The notes beneath the pieces were generated by a model. The model searched no databases. It was not told the origin of the DNA and worked only from the letters and a program-made list of their open reading frames with translations. Of a DNA stretch of 64,000 bases, positions 18,621 to 42,146 are shown one piece after another (position 1 is the first letter of the stretch; every line of letters begins with the position of its first letter). The DNA is taken from positions 1,696,001 through 1,760,000 of the forward strand of contig CP086569.2 in assembly GCA_009914755.4 (NCBI GenBank). The letters are read 5' to 3'. The DNA is from the human T2T-CHM13v2.0 reference genome, Homo sapiens. A program made the translations under genes and the position numbers.

Positions 18621-19234
18621 TTCCTGGTTCATAGACGGCACCTTCCCACAGTGTCCTCACATGGTGGAAGACACGAGGGAGCTCTGTGGGGTCTCGCTTC
18701 CTGGTTCATAGACGGCACCTTCCCACAGTGTCCTCACATGGTGGAAGAGACGAGGGAGCTCTGTGGGGTCTCGCTTCCTGGTTCATAGACGGCACCTTCC
18801 CACTGTGTCCTCACATAGTGGAAGAGACGAGGGAGCTCTGTGGGGTCTCGCTTCCTGGTTCATAGACGGCACCTTCCCACAGTGTCCTCACATGGTGGAA
18901 GAGACGAGGGAGCTCTGTGGGGTCTCGCTTCCTGGTTCATAGACGGCACCTTCCCACTGTGTCCTCACATAGTGGAAGAGACGAGGGAGCTCTGTGGGGT
19001 CTCGCTTCCTGGTTCATAGACGGCACCTTCCCACAGTGTCCTCACATGGTGGAAGAGACGAGGGAGCTCTGTGGGGTCTCGCTTCCTGGTTCATAGACGG
19101 CACCTTCCCACTGTGTCCTCACATGGTGGAAGAGACGAGGGAGCTCTGTGGGGTCTCGCTTCCTGGTTCATAGACGGCACCTTCCCACTGTGTCCTCACA
19201 TGGTGGAAGAGACGAGGGAGCTCTGTGGGGTCTC
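18621..19234. repeat. Tandem array, 77-bp unit x 8, lying inside the ERVL LTR
   Basis: Unit ttcctggttcatagacggcaccttcccac(a/t)gtgtcctcacatggtggaagagacgagggagctctgtggggtctcgc. It corresponds to the reverse complement of the MLT2 segment gccatgtgaggacac...ccatctatgaaccaggaag. Confidence 0.93.
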
Positions 19235-19397
19235 TTTTATAAGGACGCTGATAATCGTGTGCGGATCTGTTGCCTCCAAATCTCACGCTGAAATCTGATT
19301 CCCAATGTTGGAGGTAGGGCTGGCTGGAGGCATGTGGGTCACGGAAGTGGATTCCTCATACACGGCTTGGAGCCCTCCCCATGGTAATGGATGATTT

Positions 19398-19846
19398 CTT
19401 TTTTTTTTTTCCGGAGTTTTTTTTTATTTTTTTATGTTTTATTATACTTTAAGTTTTAGGGTACATGTGCACAACGTGCAGGTTACTTACATACGTGTAC
19501 ATGTGCCATGTTGGTGTGCTGCACCCATTAACTCATCATTTACATTAGGTATATCTCCTAATGCTATCCCTCCCCCTTCCCGCCACCCCACAACAGGCCC
19601 TGGTGTGTGATGTTCCCCTTCCTGTGTCCATGTGTTCTCACTGTTCAATTCCCACCTATGAGTGAGAACATGCGGTGTTTGGTTTTTTGTCCTTGCGATA
19701 GTTTGCTGAGAATGATGGTTTCCAGCTTCATCCATGTCCCTACAAAGGACATGAACTCATACTTTTTTATGGCTGCATAGGATTCCATCGTGTATATGTG
19801 CCACATTTTCTTAATCCAGTCTATCATTGTTGGACATTTGGCTACT
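19398..19846 (-). mobile_element. LINE-1 3' end fragment nested in the MaLR LTR
   Basis: Poly-T then ttatactttaagttttagggtacatgtgcacaacgtgcaggttacttacatacgtgtacatgtgccatgttggtgtgctgcacccattaactc, which is the reverse complement of the L1 3' UTR. Minus-strand ORF 19645..20037 contains KCPTMIDWIKKMWHIYTMESYAAIKKYEFMSF. Confidence 0.9.
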
Positions 19847-19953
19847 TGAGATCGGGTTGCTAAAACGAGCCTGACACCTCCCTGCCTTCTCCCTCCTGTC
19901 TTCTCTCTCACCCTGTGACGTGCCAGCTGCTCTTCACCTTCCACCACGGTTGA

Positions 19954-20567
<614 letters not shown>

Positions 20568-20749
20568 TAACCAAGAAATACCCTGACCTTTGTTTGTCTT
20601 CCAGAAAATACCTTATTCCAAAGAGTTCCCTTCCTCATAGGCCTTACATATAAGGCTTGTGGATGTCTCTTTTTCTACTTAAGACAAAGCCAGATCCAAA
20701 ACCTCCGAATTTCCCACCTTTGTCTAGTAAATGATGAGCTGAATTTCTT

Positions 20750-21360
<611 letters not shown>

Positions 21361-21683
21361 CAACCTGAATTGATCAAACTTTTCTTCCGATTCTCACTCC
21401 CTCCCCCCAGATCCATACACTTTGGCCCAGCCTCAGCCCGAGCCGACACACACAGCTTCTCCTTACTAGAGAACTGGCCAAACACTGGGAAAGACTTGTG
21501 TATTGTGTGCAAAGTGTATGAAGTTAGGAAGACCCACATGGCTCTCCCTGGACCCTGAGAGCTTACAAGGATCAATATGTGAATATTAATTAAGTCTGGA
21601 GCTCAAAGCCTTTGCAGCCAGGAGTGCAGTTGGTGTCTTCAATTTAGCCAAAAGCCGTGCTCTCAGGAGGCACTAAGAAACTG

Positions 21684-22155
21684 TGGGCCAGGCGCAGTGG
21701 CTTATGCCTGTAATCCCAGCACTTTGAGAGGCCGAGGCGGGCGGATCACAAGGTCAGGAGATCGAGACCATCCTGGCTAACACGGTGAAACCCCATCTCT
21801 ACTAAAAATACAAAAAAAAATTAGCTGGGCGTGGTGGCGGGCACCTATAGTCCCAGCTACTCCGGAGGCTGAGACAGGAGAATGGCGTGAAACAGGGAGA
21901 CGGAGCTTGCAGTGAGCCTAGATCGCTCCACTGCACTCCAGCCTGGGCGACAGAGCAAGACTCCGTCAAAAAAAAAAAAAAAAATAGCTGGACATGGTGG
22001 CAGTCACCTGTAATCCCAGCTACTCGGGAGGCTGAAGCAGAGAGTCGTTTGAACCTCGGAGGCGGAGGCGGCAGCGAGCTGAGATCGCACCACTGCACTC
22101 GAGGCTGGGCAACAGAGTGAGACTCCGTCTCAAAAAAATAAATAATAAATAAAAC
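21684..22155 (+). mobile_element. Full Alu (AluY-like) at 21684-21984, followed by an Alu right-arm fragment at 21985-22155
   Basis: gggccaggcgcagtggcttatgcctgtaatcccagcactttgagaggccgaggcgggcggatcacaagg...cgagcaagactccgtc then poly-A; tagctggacatggtggcagtcacctgtaatcccagctactcgggaggctgaagc. Confidence 0.92.
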
Positions 22156-22267
22156 CTGTGGAGTGGATGATTGAACAGACAGGTGTCTGTAGCCAATAAA
22201 AGTGTGCATTTGCATGAGACCCATGGATGATACAATACTTTTTCTCCTAAGTCTGTAACACTGTATG

Positions 22268-23700
<1,433 letters not shown>

Positions 23701-24631
23701 ACTCGCTTCAAAGGGTGTCAAGCTCATTGCTGACTTGAGTCCTCATTCACCTCTGCCTCGAGTCTCCCTTGCTTCCATTTGATCGCCTACAAGTTTCTGT
23801 CATTGGACTGCAGATGTGAAAGCATCCCCTTGGCATTTTGTCAGCGCCTCATCCTTACAGCAGAGACGCTGGCAGCTTGTCCCGTCTGCTGCCCGAAATC
23901 CTCTTTGCAGAACAGACAGGGTGCAAGATGGAGCATCCTGCTTCTTAAGCGATGGGTGTGTCTCTGTTTCTGAAGAGACTGCACAAATGCTGTCTTTCTA
24001 CCATTCCTGTTTGCTTCCTTTGGCCCTCTGCCTCCAGCCTCTTTCCGTGGGGCTGGATTTTCTCCCTGGATGAGCGTGCGAGAGAGTTGTGAGGTTGTGT
24101 CTGCCCTAAAAACCCTGCCCTTGTACTTGGCTCCTGACCTTGATGTCAGTAGAGATGCGCTTGCTGAGTCCTCCTGGGCAGCCTGCTCATCTGCCACAAG
24201 ATGACAGCTCATCTCCAGGCAGCGTCATCCCCACGGCAACCCCTCAGCTTCCTCCCGTTCTCTGCTCCATCCTTCCCCTTGGACTCAGTGTGGAATCATT
24301 TCTACATCAGCGAAGCCCAGCTGCGGCCCCCAGGAGCTGTTCCTCCCTGCCTGGTCTGTCAAGTGTCTTTTTGACCCTTGCTGATTTGGGGGAAGAGAAT
24401 TGGCTCACGGTCGGATTCTGCTGCTAACAGTAAACCTCCAGAGAGGATGCTCAGATCCAGCGGCGGGCGCTTTCCTGCTGCATTTTTTCAAAAATGGTTA
24501 CTGATTGGAACTGGCGTCCACCAGCCGGGCACAGTGAGGCCAAACATCCACACCGAGGTCTTGCAGTGGGAGTAAACAGGATGTTTACTTGCAGGGCGCC
24601 AAGCAAGGAGAATCGAGCAGTTCATGCTTAA

Positions 24632-24953
<322 letters not shown>

Positions 24954-24985
24954 CTGCTTTTAATTTTTAAAAAAGTATTCATTTC

Positions 24986-25274
<289 letters not shown>

Positions 25275-25427
25275 CCAAGCAGGGATACATTTCAGGAAAG
25301 CAGAAGGTACAGGTAAAATCATAAAACAGTACAAGAAGGTTATACGTTGGTTTTGGCCTAAAAGGGTGGGATATTTGGAAGCGGGGCCCCACAGGTCATA
25401 GGTGGATTCAGAGACTTTCTGATTTGA

Positions 25428-25527
25428 GGCTGGGCATGGTGGCTCACACCTGTAATCCCAGCATGTTGGGAGGCCGAGGCAAGCAGATCACTTGAGGTCA
25501 GGAGTTCGAGAGCAGCCTGGCCACATG
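25428..25527 (+). mobile_element. Alu left-monomer fragment, immediately upstream of the GGAA microsatellite
   Basis: ggctgggcatggtggctcacacctgtaatcccagcatgttgggaggccgaggcaagcagatcacttgaggtcaggagttcgagagcagcctggcc. Confidence 0.88.
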
Positions 25528-25960
25528 GGAGGGAGGGAGGGAGGGAGGGGAGAGAGAGAGAGAGAAAGGAAGGAAGGAAGGAAGGAAGGAAGGAAGGAAG
25601 GAAGGAAGGAAGGAAGGAGGGAGGGAGGGAGGGAGGGGAAAGAGAGAGAGAAAGAACAAATGAACGAAAGAAAGAAAGAAAAGGAAGGAAGGAAGGGAAA
25701 ATCTGCTGTGGGAGAAAGAAAGAAAGAAGAAAGAAAGAGAAAGAAAGGAAAAGGAAAGAAAGAAAATCTGCTGAAGGAGAAAGAGAGAAAAAGAAAGAAA
25801 GAGAAAGAAAGATCTGCTGAAGGAGAAAGAGAGAAAAAGAAAGAAAGAAAAAGGAAGAAAGATCTGCTGAAGGAGAAAGAAAGAGAGAAAAAGAAAGAAA
25901 GAAGAAAAAGAGAGAAAGAAAGAAGAAAGAAAGAGAAAGAAGAAAGTAAAAGAAAGAAAG

Positions 25961-26015
<55 letters not shown>

Positions 26016-26076
26016 AAAGAAAGAAAGAAAAAGAAAGGAAAGAAAGAAAAAAAGGAAAGAAGGAGAAATCTGCTGA
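25528..26076. repeat. Compound (GGGA)n/(GGAA)n/(GAAA)n microsatellite, ~550 bp, with a higher-order ~60-bp periodicity marked by an interspersed atctgctg(a/t)(a/g)ggag motif (5 occurrences)
   Basis: gggagggagggagggagggg...(ggaa)x12...gaaagaaag...; atctgctg occurs at about 25701, 25767, 25823, 25883 and 26068. Confidence 0.93.
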
Positions 26077-26754
26077 GGGATAGGACATAATTACCTGGTG
26101 TTTTCCCAGACAGGGCACTTCCTCATTTCACACAATTGGGGGTCTATTCCCTTTTATCCTTCCCATTTTACGTGTCGTCCTTTTCTCTTGGCTCCCATGA
26201 GATACGCCTCTGGGTTTCAGAACGACTCTGCCCGTGGATGATATGGGAACTCTTATCAGCATTGTCAAACCTCCTGGGTGGAGGGGAGTAGGAGAAACTC
26301 CCATTTCTCTTTGTCCTCTGGGGAACTCACTCCATTTCTCTCCCAGAGACGATGTATCTGATATTAGATTGGCTATTTGGACATTGCTAGTGCAAAATGT
26401 TGACACTTCATTTTTCTCCTAAGTCATTACATCCACAGAGCAGGTCGTGTGTTTGTGTCTTGGAACGCAAGTTCTTAGGGACTTTCAGATTTGTTTTGTC
26501 ACTGAATTCTCTCCGGACGCCGGGCACTAGGCAGGCCCCATGAACATCCTGTTTTAGCAAACGTCTGAAACTCCAGGACTCATAAGTGGATGAATAAAGC
26601 AGTTGAGTTTTACATCTGTGTCTTCTGACGTCTTTCATGAAGTGTTTCCTCAGCCTGACTGTACATCAAATTCACTCCAGATGTACCATAAAAATGCATA
26701 TTCCTGGTTTCTATCTCCGACGACTATAACTCGGTTAGACACCAGGTCTATCGT

Positions 26755-27280
26755 ATGTTTTTTTTTGTTGTTTGTTCGTTTACTTTAAGTTCTGGGGTAC
26801 CTGTGCAGAATGTGCAGGTGTGTTACACAGGTATACATGTGCCATGGTGGTTTGCTGCACCCATCAACCCATCATCTAGGCTTTAAGCCCCGCAGGCATT
26901 ACGTATTTGTCCTAATGCTCTCCCTGTCCTTGTCCCCCAGCCCCCAACAGGCCCAGGTGTGTGATGTTCCCCTCTCTGTGTCCATGTGTTCTCATTGTTC
27001 AACTCCCACTTATGAGTGAGAACATGCGATGTTTGGTTTTCTGTTCCTGTGTGAGTTTGCTGAGAATGATGGTTTCCAGCTTCATCCGTGTGCCTGCAAA
27101 GAACATGAACTCCTCCTTTTTTATGGCTGTATAGTATTCCTTGGTGTCTATGTGCCACATTTTCTTCATCCAGTCTATCATTGATGGACATTTGGGTTGG
27201 TTCCAAGTCTTTGCTACCATGCATAGTGCCTCAAGAAACATACATGTGCCTGTGTCTTTATAGTAGAATGATTTATTAAT
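26755..27280 (-). mobile_element. LINE-1 3' end fragment
   Basis: Poly-T then tactttaagttctggggtacctgtgcagaatgtgcaggtgtgttacacaggtatacatgtgccatggtggtttgctgcacccatcaacc. Minus-strand ORF 26999..27316 contains [32 protein letters not shown]. Confidence 0.9.
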
Positions 27281-27289
27281 TGTTAATTG

Positions 27290-27750
<461 letters not shown>

Positions 27751-27890
27751 TGATGATTCTAACACTTACCCCACAGACAGGCATTCAGGGGAAACAGCAC
27801 TCAAATTCTGCACAGAGATTCTTTGTAATTTTGCTATTATCTAACCTGGTTAATGAGCGTCTCTCAGCCAGGCTCATATTCTTCAACTAA

Positions 27891-28424
<534 letters not shown>

Positions 28425-28978
28425 TAGGAGGCAGTGAAGGACAAATATCCACATCACAATCCCCATTTGGACTGAACTGTCACCTGCATTTCTGCAGAAC
28501 CACATTTAATCCTATTCCACCTCCTGGAGATAAACAAGGTGTACCTCTTCCCTCTTCCCAGTAAAGTCAGCTAGGGAACGAGAGTCAGCGGCTGAGACTC
28601 CAGCGGCCATCTCCTTTGAGTCCTGGCTAAACTGTGCATGGTGTGGTACAGGAGAGAACGTGAAGGCCAAACTGGCCTCTCAACCCACCCTGCCCCATAT
28701 TTTTTGCAAGCGCAAGCTCTGCCATCCCCTCGTGGACTCAGCGGTGAAGTCCTTGATGAAACGATGTGGTTTCTCCATTGCTTGGACAATCCTCCAAGCA
28801 AGGAGGAAAATTCAAGCTACCTGTCATCTGGATATTAAAATATACTTTGTAATTACTGGAATCATATGTGTTCAGACATCTCAATTGCAGGGAAAAATTA
28901 AGACGTCGTGGCCCAGTTACTTTGCAATTTCTGTGGAAATTTTCTGGAAATACATTCATTTTTTAAAAATGAATGCAT

Positions 28979-29353
<375 letters not shown>

Positions 29354-29649
29354 TCACCAAACATGTTATTGGGTTCCCTTGTTTGCAAGCAAGAAAGGAA
29401 AACCCTGGTCTTTTTTTTTTTTTTTTCAATCCTGCCATTTTTACTTTTATTAGTATCAAGCTGGAGCATCCAAGATGCTATTTACCTCGGCAGCCCGCTG
29501 GGTTTTTCCATTGCAACTGTGGGTTTTCTATTTGCAAAACAGCCACGGAGGCTTAGTACATATTTTCCGTATTTTGCCCTTGTAGCAAAGGCAAACATAC
29601 GGGAATAGAAACATACTGAGGCAGAAATTTAAAATAATCATAATAAGGA

Positions 29650-30048
<399 letters not shown>

Positions 30049-30527
30049 CTAGCAGCTCGCTTCAAGGACAGTTAGAAGACAATGCTGTCCGAATAGCCAA
30101 GGCCAAAGGAATGGGCTCCAGACACCCCACCTCCCTCCCAGAGCAAGGTTGAAGGAAAAAAGAGAAAGACAGACGCTTTCACTGTTACTCTTTTCCCAGC
30201 CTTCTTAAGCATAATTAGCATGATCATGCTTTATGAATGTCTGTATTTAGCCAGTTCTTGTTTTTCTTTCAATGCAGTTACAAGGCCACCAGCTACGCAG
30301 TCACAACTTATGTGATGCTATAGATGACGTGACCTGCCACTGTAGGAGTAACTGCTTTTATTTTGCTTCTGTAAAGCCGCTTATGAAAACCCCGCTCTGT
30401 CTTTGTTCAGGGCTCAGCTTTTGGATGTGAGTCCTGTGAGCAGGTGCGTACCTAAAATAAACAAATCCTGCTATACTCTGTATTGGTCTCTCCGTTCCTC
30501 AGTTTACCACAACAATATGAAAATATG

Positions 30528-30842
<315 letters not shown>

Positions 30843-31181
30843 ACGGAAACGCAGTGGAGAGATCCTGTTAACGTCAGGCAAAGTACACTTCAGAAGAATA
30901 ACAATTACCACTGGTAAAATGGGACATTATCTAATGACAAAGGGGGCAATTCACCAAGAAGACAAAATGATTTTGATGATGTATTCAACGCAAAACAAAT
31001 CCTCGAAATACATAAAGCGAAAGAAGATACAGAATTGAGAGGAGAAATAGGTGAATGCATAATTCATTTCTTTTTAGAGATACGGTCTCTCTCTGTCGCC
31101 TGAGAGTTGGGAACACGAACATTCCTCTTTCAATAATTGATACATCAAGTAGAGACTTTTTAATAACACAATCAATCATTA

Positions 31182-31497
31182 GGCCGAGCACGGTGGCTCA
31201 TGCCTGGAATCCCAGCACTCTGGAAGGTCGAGGCAAGTGGATGGCTTGAGTCCAGGAGTTTGAGACCAGCCTGAGCAATATGGCAAAACTCTATCTCTAC
31301 AAAAAATACAAGAATTAGGTGGCTATGGCGGTGCACACCTATAGTTCCAGCTACTCGGGAGGCTGAGGTGGGAGGATCCTTGAGCCTGGGAAGTGGAGGT
31401 TGCAGTGAGCCGAGATCACAGCACTGCACTCCAGCCTGGGCGACAGAGCAAGGCCCTGTCTGAAAATAATAATTGTAGTAGTAATAATAGTACTATC
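31182..31497 (+). mobile_element. Alu SINE (older subfamily)
   Basis: ggccgagcacggtggctcatgcctggaatcccagcactctggaaggtcgaggcaagtggatggcttgagtccaggagtttgagacc...gcaaggccctgtctgaaaataataattgtagtagtaataatagtactatcacc. Confidence 0.9.
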
Positions 31498-31795
<298 letters not shown>

Positions 31796-32158
31796 CTATC
31801 AATCAACCAATCAATCAATGACTCAATGGACATTTCTAGAACATTCCACCAAGCGACAGCAGAAAATGCACGAAGTTTAAGTACCCAGCGAATGCCACAG
31901 AGATACAACATATTCTAAGCTGTAAAACAAACCTTAACGAATTTAAAACAATTAAAATAATACTTGCTACAGTCCTATAAATAATGAAACCATTAATCAA
32001 CAGCAGGAAGATATCTGGAAAATGCCCACATATTTGGACACTAAAAAGTTATCAGCTAAATGACTCATGGGTCAGAGGAGAAGCAAGAAGGGAAATTTTG
32101 AAATACTTTTAATTGAATGAAAATGAAATTATCAATGTATCAAAAATCGAGAAACATG

Positions 32159-34357
<2,199 letters not shown>

Positions 34358-34462
34358 TAGGAGACTGTTTTAACCTCAACGTGATGATTCGTCCCGGCTC
34401 AATTCACAGAAGCTGGTGAAACAGTCGACACGGGTGTAACTTTCCATTTTCTGCCTCCGTGA

Positions 34463-34819
<357 letters not shown>

Positions 34820-35065
34820 AGGGCCTCATTTTCCAAAGTCTTATCTTTCCTATGATGCTCTATTCATTTACAAGCATATATATATTTAAAAGGAAAACAT
34901 GGACATCCTGCACCCATCATTCTACAGCTTGTTTTTCATTTCCAATGCACTGAAGATTGCTTCATGGTTTTGTATACGGAAATGCGTAGTTCTTTTCCTT
35001 TTTCTTGACTGCATACTATTCCGTTACATAAATGTACTGTGTAATATTTAACCTATTCCTTGTAG

Positions 35066-35455
<390 letters not shown>

Positions 35456-35604
35456 TGTCATGAATATTTGTAGGGGAGAACTGGCTTTGAATTTGATATC
35501 CTTAAAGGTGAATGGAAATATAAACGGTAAATATAGTCTGACTGCTTCAACGTCCTGTCTTCAGAGGAGATGTGATTTTTTCACATCTGCCCTTTCATTC
35601 ATTC

Positions 35605-36075
<471 letters not shown>

Positions 36076-36250
36076 TGCCCACATCTTAATAGTGTTGTTT
36101 GTTGTTGTAGCTGTTTCAGTTCTTTGTATATTGTGAGTACGAGACTGTTTTAACCTCAATTTGATGATTCGGCCCAGCTCAATTCACAGAAGCTGGTGAA
36201 ACAATCGATATAGGTGTAACCTTCCATTTTCTGCCTCCGTGAGATCACGA

Positions 36251-36529
36251 GATGGAGTCTCACTCTGCCACTCAGAGCGGAATGCCGTGGTGCAATCTCA
36301 GTTCACTGAAACCTCTGCCTCCCGGGTTCAAGTGATTCTCCTATCTCAGTCTCCCGAGTAGCTGGGATTACAGGTGCGAGCCACCACGCCCAGCTAATTT
36401 TTGTATTTTTAGTAGAGATGGGGTTTTGCCATGTTGACCAGGCTGGTCTCGAACTCCTGACCTCAAGCAATCCTCCCACCTCGGCCTCCCAAAGTGATAG
36501 GATTACAGGTGTGAGCCTCCACGCCCAGC
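36251..36529 (-). mobile_element. Alu SINE (no tail retained)
   Basis: gatggagtctcactctgccactcagagcggaatgccgtggtgcaatctcagttcactgaaacctctgcctcccgggttcaagtgattctcc ... caggtgtgagcctccacgcccagcc. Confidence 0.9.
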
Positions 36530-37010
36530 CCCTCTTTTCTCCCTCTTTGTCTCTCTTTCCTTCTCCTTTTTCACTCTCTCAGTATTTCTCTTCTGTCTTT
36601 CCCCCACTCCCTCTCTCTCTCCTTTCTCTCTCCTTTCTCAGTCTCCTTTCTCTCTCTCTTTCCCTCTCCTTTCTCAGTCTCCTTTCTCTCTCTCTTTCCC
36701 TCTCCTTTCTCAGTCTCCTTTCTCTCTCTCTTTCCCTCTCCTTTCTCTCTCTCTTTCCCTCTCCTTTCTGACTCTCTCTTTCTCAGTATCTGTTTCCTCT
36801 CTCTCTTTTTCCCTCCTCTCCCTCTCTCTCTCTCTCAAAATCTCCCTCTTCCCCCTCTCACCCTCTCTCTTTCTTCCACCCTCTCTACCCCACTCTCCAT
36901 CTCTCCGTTTCTCTTCCTCTCTCCTTTTTTTTTCTCTCTCTCCTCTGTCTTCTCCATGGCCCTTCTTCCCTCTCTCTCTTCCTCTCCTTCTCTCCACTTT
37001 TCTCTCATAC
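36530..37010. repeat. Polypyrimidine (CT-rich) low-complexity tract, ~480 bp, with an internal ~47-bp higher-order unit repeated 3-4 times at 36625-36775
   Basis: ctctcctttctcagtctcctttctctctctctttcc iterated; almost exclusively C/T on the plus strand. Confidence 0.9.
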
Positions 37011-37567
37011 CCAGCCCTCAACAGAAACCACCACACTATGCACTGTCTGGCAATCCATATCCCCAAATCTTTATTCTCCTCTTGAGAGCAGCTTCTGAAT
37101 TCTATTAGGTCCATCTCTCTACATCCTTTTACTTTCTTATCTCTGTTCTTATCTCTCTCTATTTTCTGAGCCACCGACGTCAGGGTAACTCAGCAGATCA
37201 GGCTGTGAGATACTGAGATACCCACGGCAAAGGGAACGTGAAATGAGATGGGATCAAAACCCAGAACCGTCCGTCACTAACACCGTTCACTTCTCTGCAT
37301 AGCTCTGTCTTGTCTCCTCAAAGTGAGGACACAGGGAGAGAGACACTGTCGTGCAGCTTTTAAGAATTCAGGGTTGAGATTCTGATGCATCTGGGAGGGG
37401 CCTGCTTGCAGGTGAAGTCAGTTGTTGGTGACAACGTGGCCGTGGGCTGGCCGGGATGATGGTAGCGTACACCTGCAAAGTTTGCTGTAAGAATTAAGAG
37501 ATAATACCTGGAAGGATGCATGCAACAGGTGCTTAGCTGAATGCCTACAAACACTGTCTATAGTTAG

Positions 37568-37898
<331 letters not shown>

Positions 37899-37974
37899 CG
37901 AGTATCCCTTTTATTGTCATCTAACAACAACGTGTTTCTTTAACCTGCCCTGTGACCTGCAGAGTGAAATGGAA

Positions 37975-38306
37975 CGATGCTTATCTGGGCTGAATCACAT
38001 ATCAGAGCTCGATTCCTTTTCATGGCTGCATAATATTCCACGGTACAGATAAACCACATTGTGAGTATCCAGTCATCCACTGTTGGACATTTGGGTCATT
38101 TCCAGGGGCTGAGGGGTGAGGGGAAGGGGGGTGCCTGCAAATGGGAATGGGTTCTCCTCTGGGGGTGCCAGAAATGTTGTGGAACTGGATACAGGGGGTG
38201 ATCCCACAACATCATGAACGCAGTAAATGCCACTGAATTGTTCAGTATAAAATGGTTAAAATGGTAAATTGTGTGTTTTGTGTATTTTACCACCATTAAA
38301 AACCTC
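37975..38306 (+). mobile_element. Old LINE-1 (L1M/L1PB-like) 3' end: ORF2 terminus plus 3' UTR
   Basis: ttcatggctgcataatattccacggtacagataaaccacattgtgagtatccagtcatccactgttggacatttgggtcatttccag is the L1 motif ...ttttatggctgcatagtattccatggtgtatatgtaccacattttc...tgatggacatttgggttg. It continues gggaatgggttctcctctgggggtgccagaaatgttgtggaactggatacagggggtgatcccacaacatcatgaacgcagtaaatgccactgaattgttc...ttttaccaccattaaaaa, the typical old L1 3' UTR. Confidence 0.75.
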
Positions 38307-38312
38307 TCAGAT

Positions 38313-38610
<298 letters not shown>

Positions 38611-38815
38611 TTTAGCTCTTTTTGTATTTTCTCTCCCTTTGACATAAATCTCCAGGCACGTCATTGGCACACCTGTATCACGTGTGTTTCTGTTTTTCTG
38701 CTTGCTTTAAGGTCAACCCTAGCTCCCGTTTTTGTCTGTTTATTTCTTTGTTTTTCCTGTTTCATTCTTGCACCAGTGAAAATTCTCATTAAGTGAATCC
38801 TCACTCTCCTTTTCA

Positions 38816-39175
<360 letters not shown>

Positions 39176-39242
39176 CAGAATACCTGTTAGTAACTGGCCT
39201 AATTACCCTTCTCACAGTAGATGCAAACTCTGCCCTTATGTC

Positions 39243-40042
<800 letters not shown>

Positions 40043-40289
40043 AGGTATTTCTTTATAACAGGCTGAGAACTGACAAATACAGTCTCCTAAAGGCAGGCCT
40101 GGGCCCCATACAACATGCCACCTTGTGGGCTCACGGTGAAGCTTATATCATCACCGTGCTAACCTGAGCCGTTTCACTAGACATGTTAACAGTCATAGCT
40201 ACAGGTATCTGCAAACTGTACATCCCTGTCTTCATATTCAGGAAGCTCCCACATCGCCAAGCATCCTTTGCCCCAGGAAGAAATAGTAA

Positions 40290-40585
<296 letters not shown>

Positions 40586-41009
40586 AGTAAACACACTTTT
40601 ACAAATAAACTTTAATTTTCTCCCTTTCTTCTTTGTTTCTGTTTCTCAGTGCCCTCTGTCTGTATTTTTTTTTTTTTTTTCCATAGCTGCCACCCTGGAG
40701 TCTTTCATTTCATCCTCGGCTTTTCTTCTGTCAGTCTCATTCACTGAATCTGCCCTTTGCTTCTCCAGCCAGGGTTCTTCTCCTCCATGCTCTGTTTGTC
40801 ACATTCCTCTCGCTTCTGTTTTGATTTGTGTAACGGTGAAAATAGATGTGAGGTCGGGATTAGCTGCCCCTAATTCTGTTCAGGTGAACACCACTTATAT
40901 CTGCACTTCCCTTTTTCTCCGGAGGTCAGTCTTGCAGAGGAGAAAATGCAGGTTGGCTCAAAGATGCAATGTGAGTGTGACATTTCTTCTATACAAAAAA
41001 AAAAAAAAA

Positions 41010-41115
41010 AATCGTGTTTTGCTTGAACCTGGGAGGCAGAGGTTGCAGTAAGCCAAGAAGGCGCCACTGCACTCCAGCCTGGGCAACAGAGTGAGACTCC
41101 ATCTAAAAAAAAAAA
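41010..41115 (+). mobile_element. Alu right-arm 3' fragment
   Basis: gcttgaacctgggaggcagaggttgcagtaagccaagaaggcgccactgcactccagcctgggcaacagagtgagactccatct then poly-A. Confidence 0.85.
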
Positions 41116-41535
41116 TAGTGTTCTGAATATGAATAATGCCACCTGGTATGGGTGGCTAAATTACCCAAATTCACCCAATTGTTCACTAAAAGATGCTTTT
41201 CTCTTTTTTTTCCTGGTTTGACAGTATTGAGAGTGTAGTTTGAAAACAAAGAAGAGAACATGTTGCCTAAAGAGTGAAAGACAGGACAAGAGAGTTTGAA
41301 AATGGCACGGAAGAGCTTATCACAGTCGGACACTCATCTGAGGCTTCATTTCATCGAAAAGAAAATAGAAAAAGATAAAATAAAATAGAAAAAGAATTCC
41401 ATTCTCCATGATGTAATTATTCATACCTAGTATTCGATAGTACAACAGGGTGACTATTGTCAAAATAATTTAATTGCACATTTTAAGATAACTAAAAGAG
41501 TATGTATTAGTCCGTTTTCATGCTGCTGATAAAGA

Positions 41536-41854
41536 CATACCCAAAGCCGGGTGCGGTGGCTCACGCCTGTAATCCCAGCACTTTGGGAGGCTGAGGTGGG
41601 CAGATCACCTGAGGTCAGGAGTTTGAGACCAGCCTGGCCAACATGGTGAAACCCCATCTCTACTAAAAATACAAAACTTAGCCAGGCGTGGTGGCCCATG
41701 CCTGTTATCCCAGCTAATCAGGAGGCTGAGGCTGGAGAATCACTTGAACATGGGTGGCAGAGGTGGCAGTGAGCTGAGATTGCACCACTGCAGTCCAGGC
41801 TGGGCAACAGAGTAAGACTTGGTCTCAAAAAAAAAAAAAAAAAAAAAAAAAAAA
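41536..41854 (+). mobile_element. Alu SINE nested in the THE1/MST LTR
   Basis: gccgggtgcggtggctcacgcctgtaatcccagcactttgggaggctgaggtgggcagatcacctgagg...gtaagacttggtctc then poly-A(29). Confidence 0.93.
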
Positions 41855-42146
41855 GCATACCCTAGATTGGGTAATTTATTTAAAAAAAGAGACATACCCG
41901 AGACTGGGAAATTTATAAAGAAAATGAGGTTCCATGGACTCACAGTTCCACATGGCTGAGGAGGCCTCACAGTCATGGTGGAAGGAGAAAGGCACATCTT
42001 ACACGGTGGCAGGCAGAAGACAATGAGAGCCCAGTGAAAGCAGTTTCCCCTGATAAAACCATCAGATCTCATGAGACTTATTCACGACCTCCAGGACAGT
42101 CTGGGGGAAACCAGCCCCATGATTCATTTATCTCCCACCCAGTCCC

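Noticed and set aside
18621-19234. Regularly spaced direct repeats (77-bp, 84-bp, 57-bp and 148-bp arrays) considered as possible CRISPR arrays
   Set aside because: The units are contiguous with no unique spacers between them. The sequence context is primate (Alu/L1 saturated), so CRISPR is not applicable. These are minisatellites or LTR-derived tandem repeats.
23780-24600. Moderately GC-rich unique segment considered as a possible CpG island or first exon
   Set aside because: CpG count is low (isolated cg dinucleotides, no clustering). No ORF has protein-like composition, and no TATA/initiator plus downstream splice-donor arrangement is recognisable. There is insufficient evidence to call a promoter or exon.
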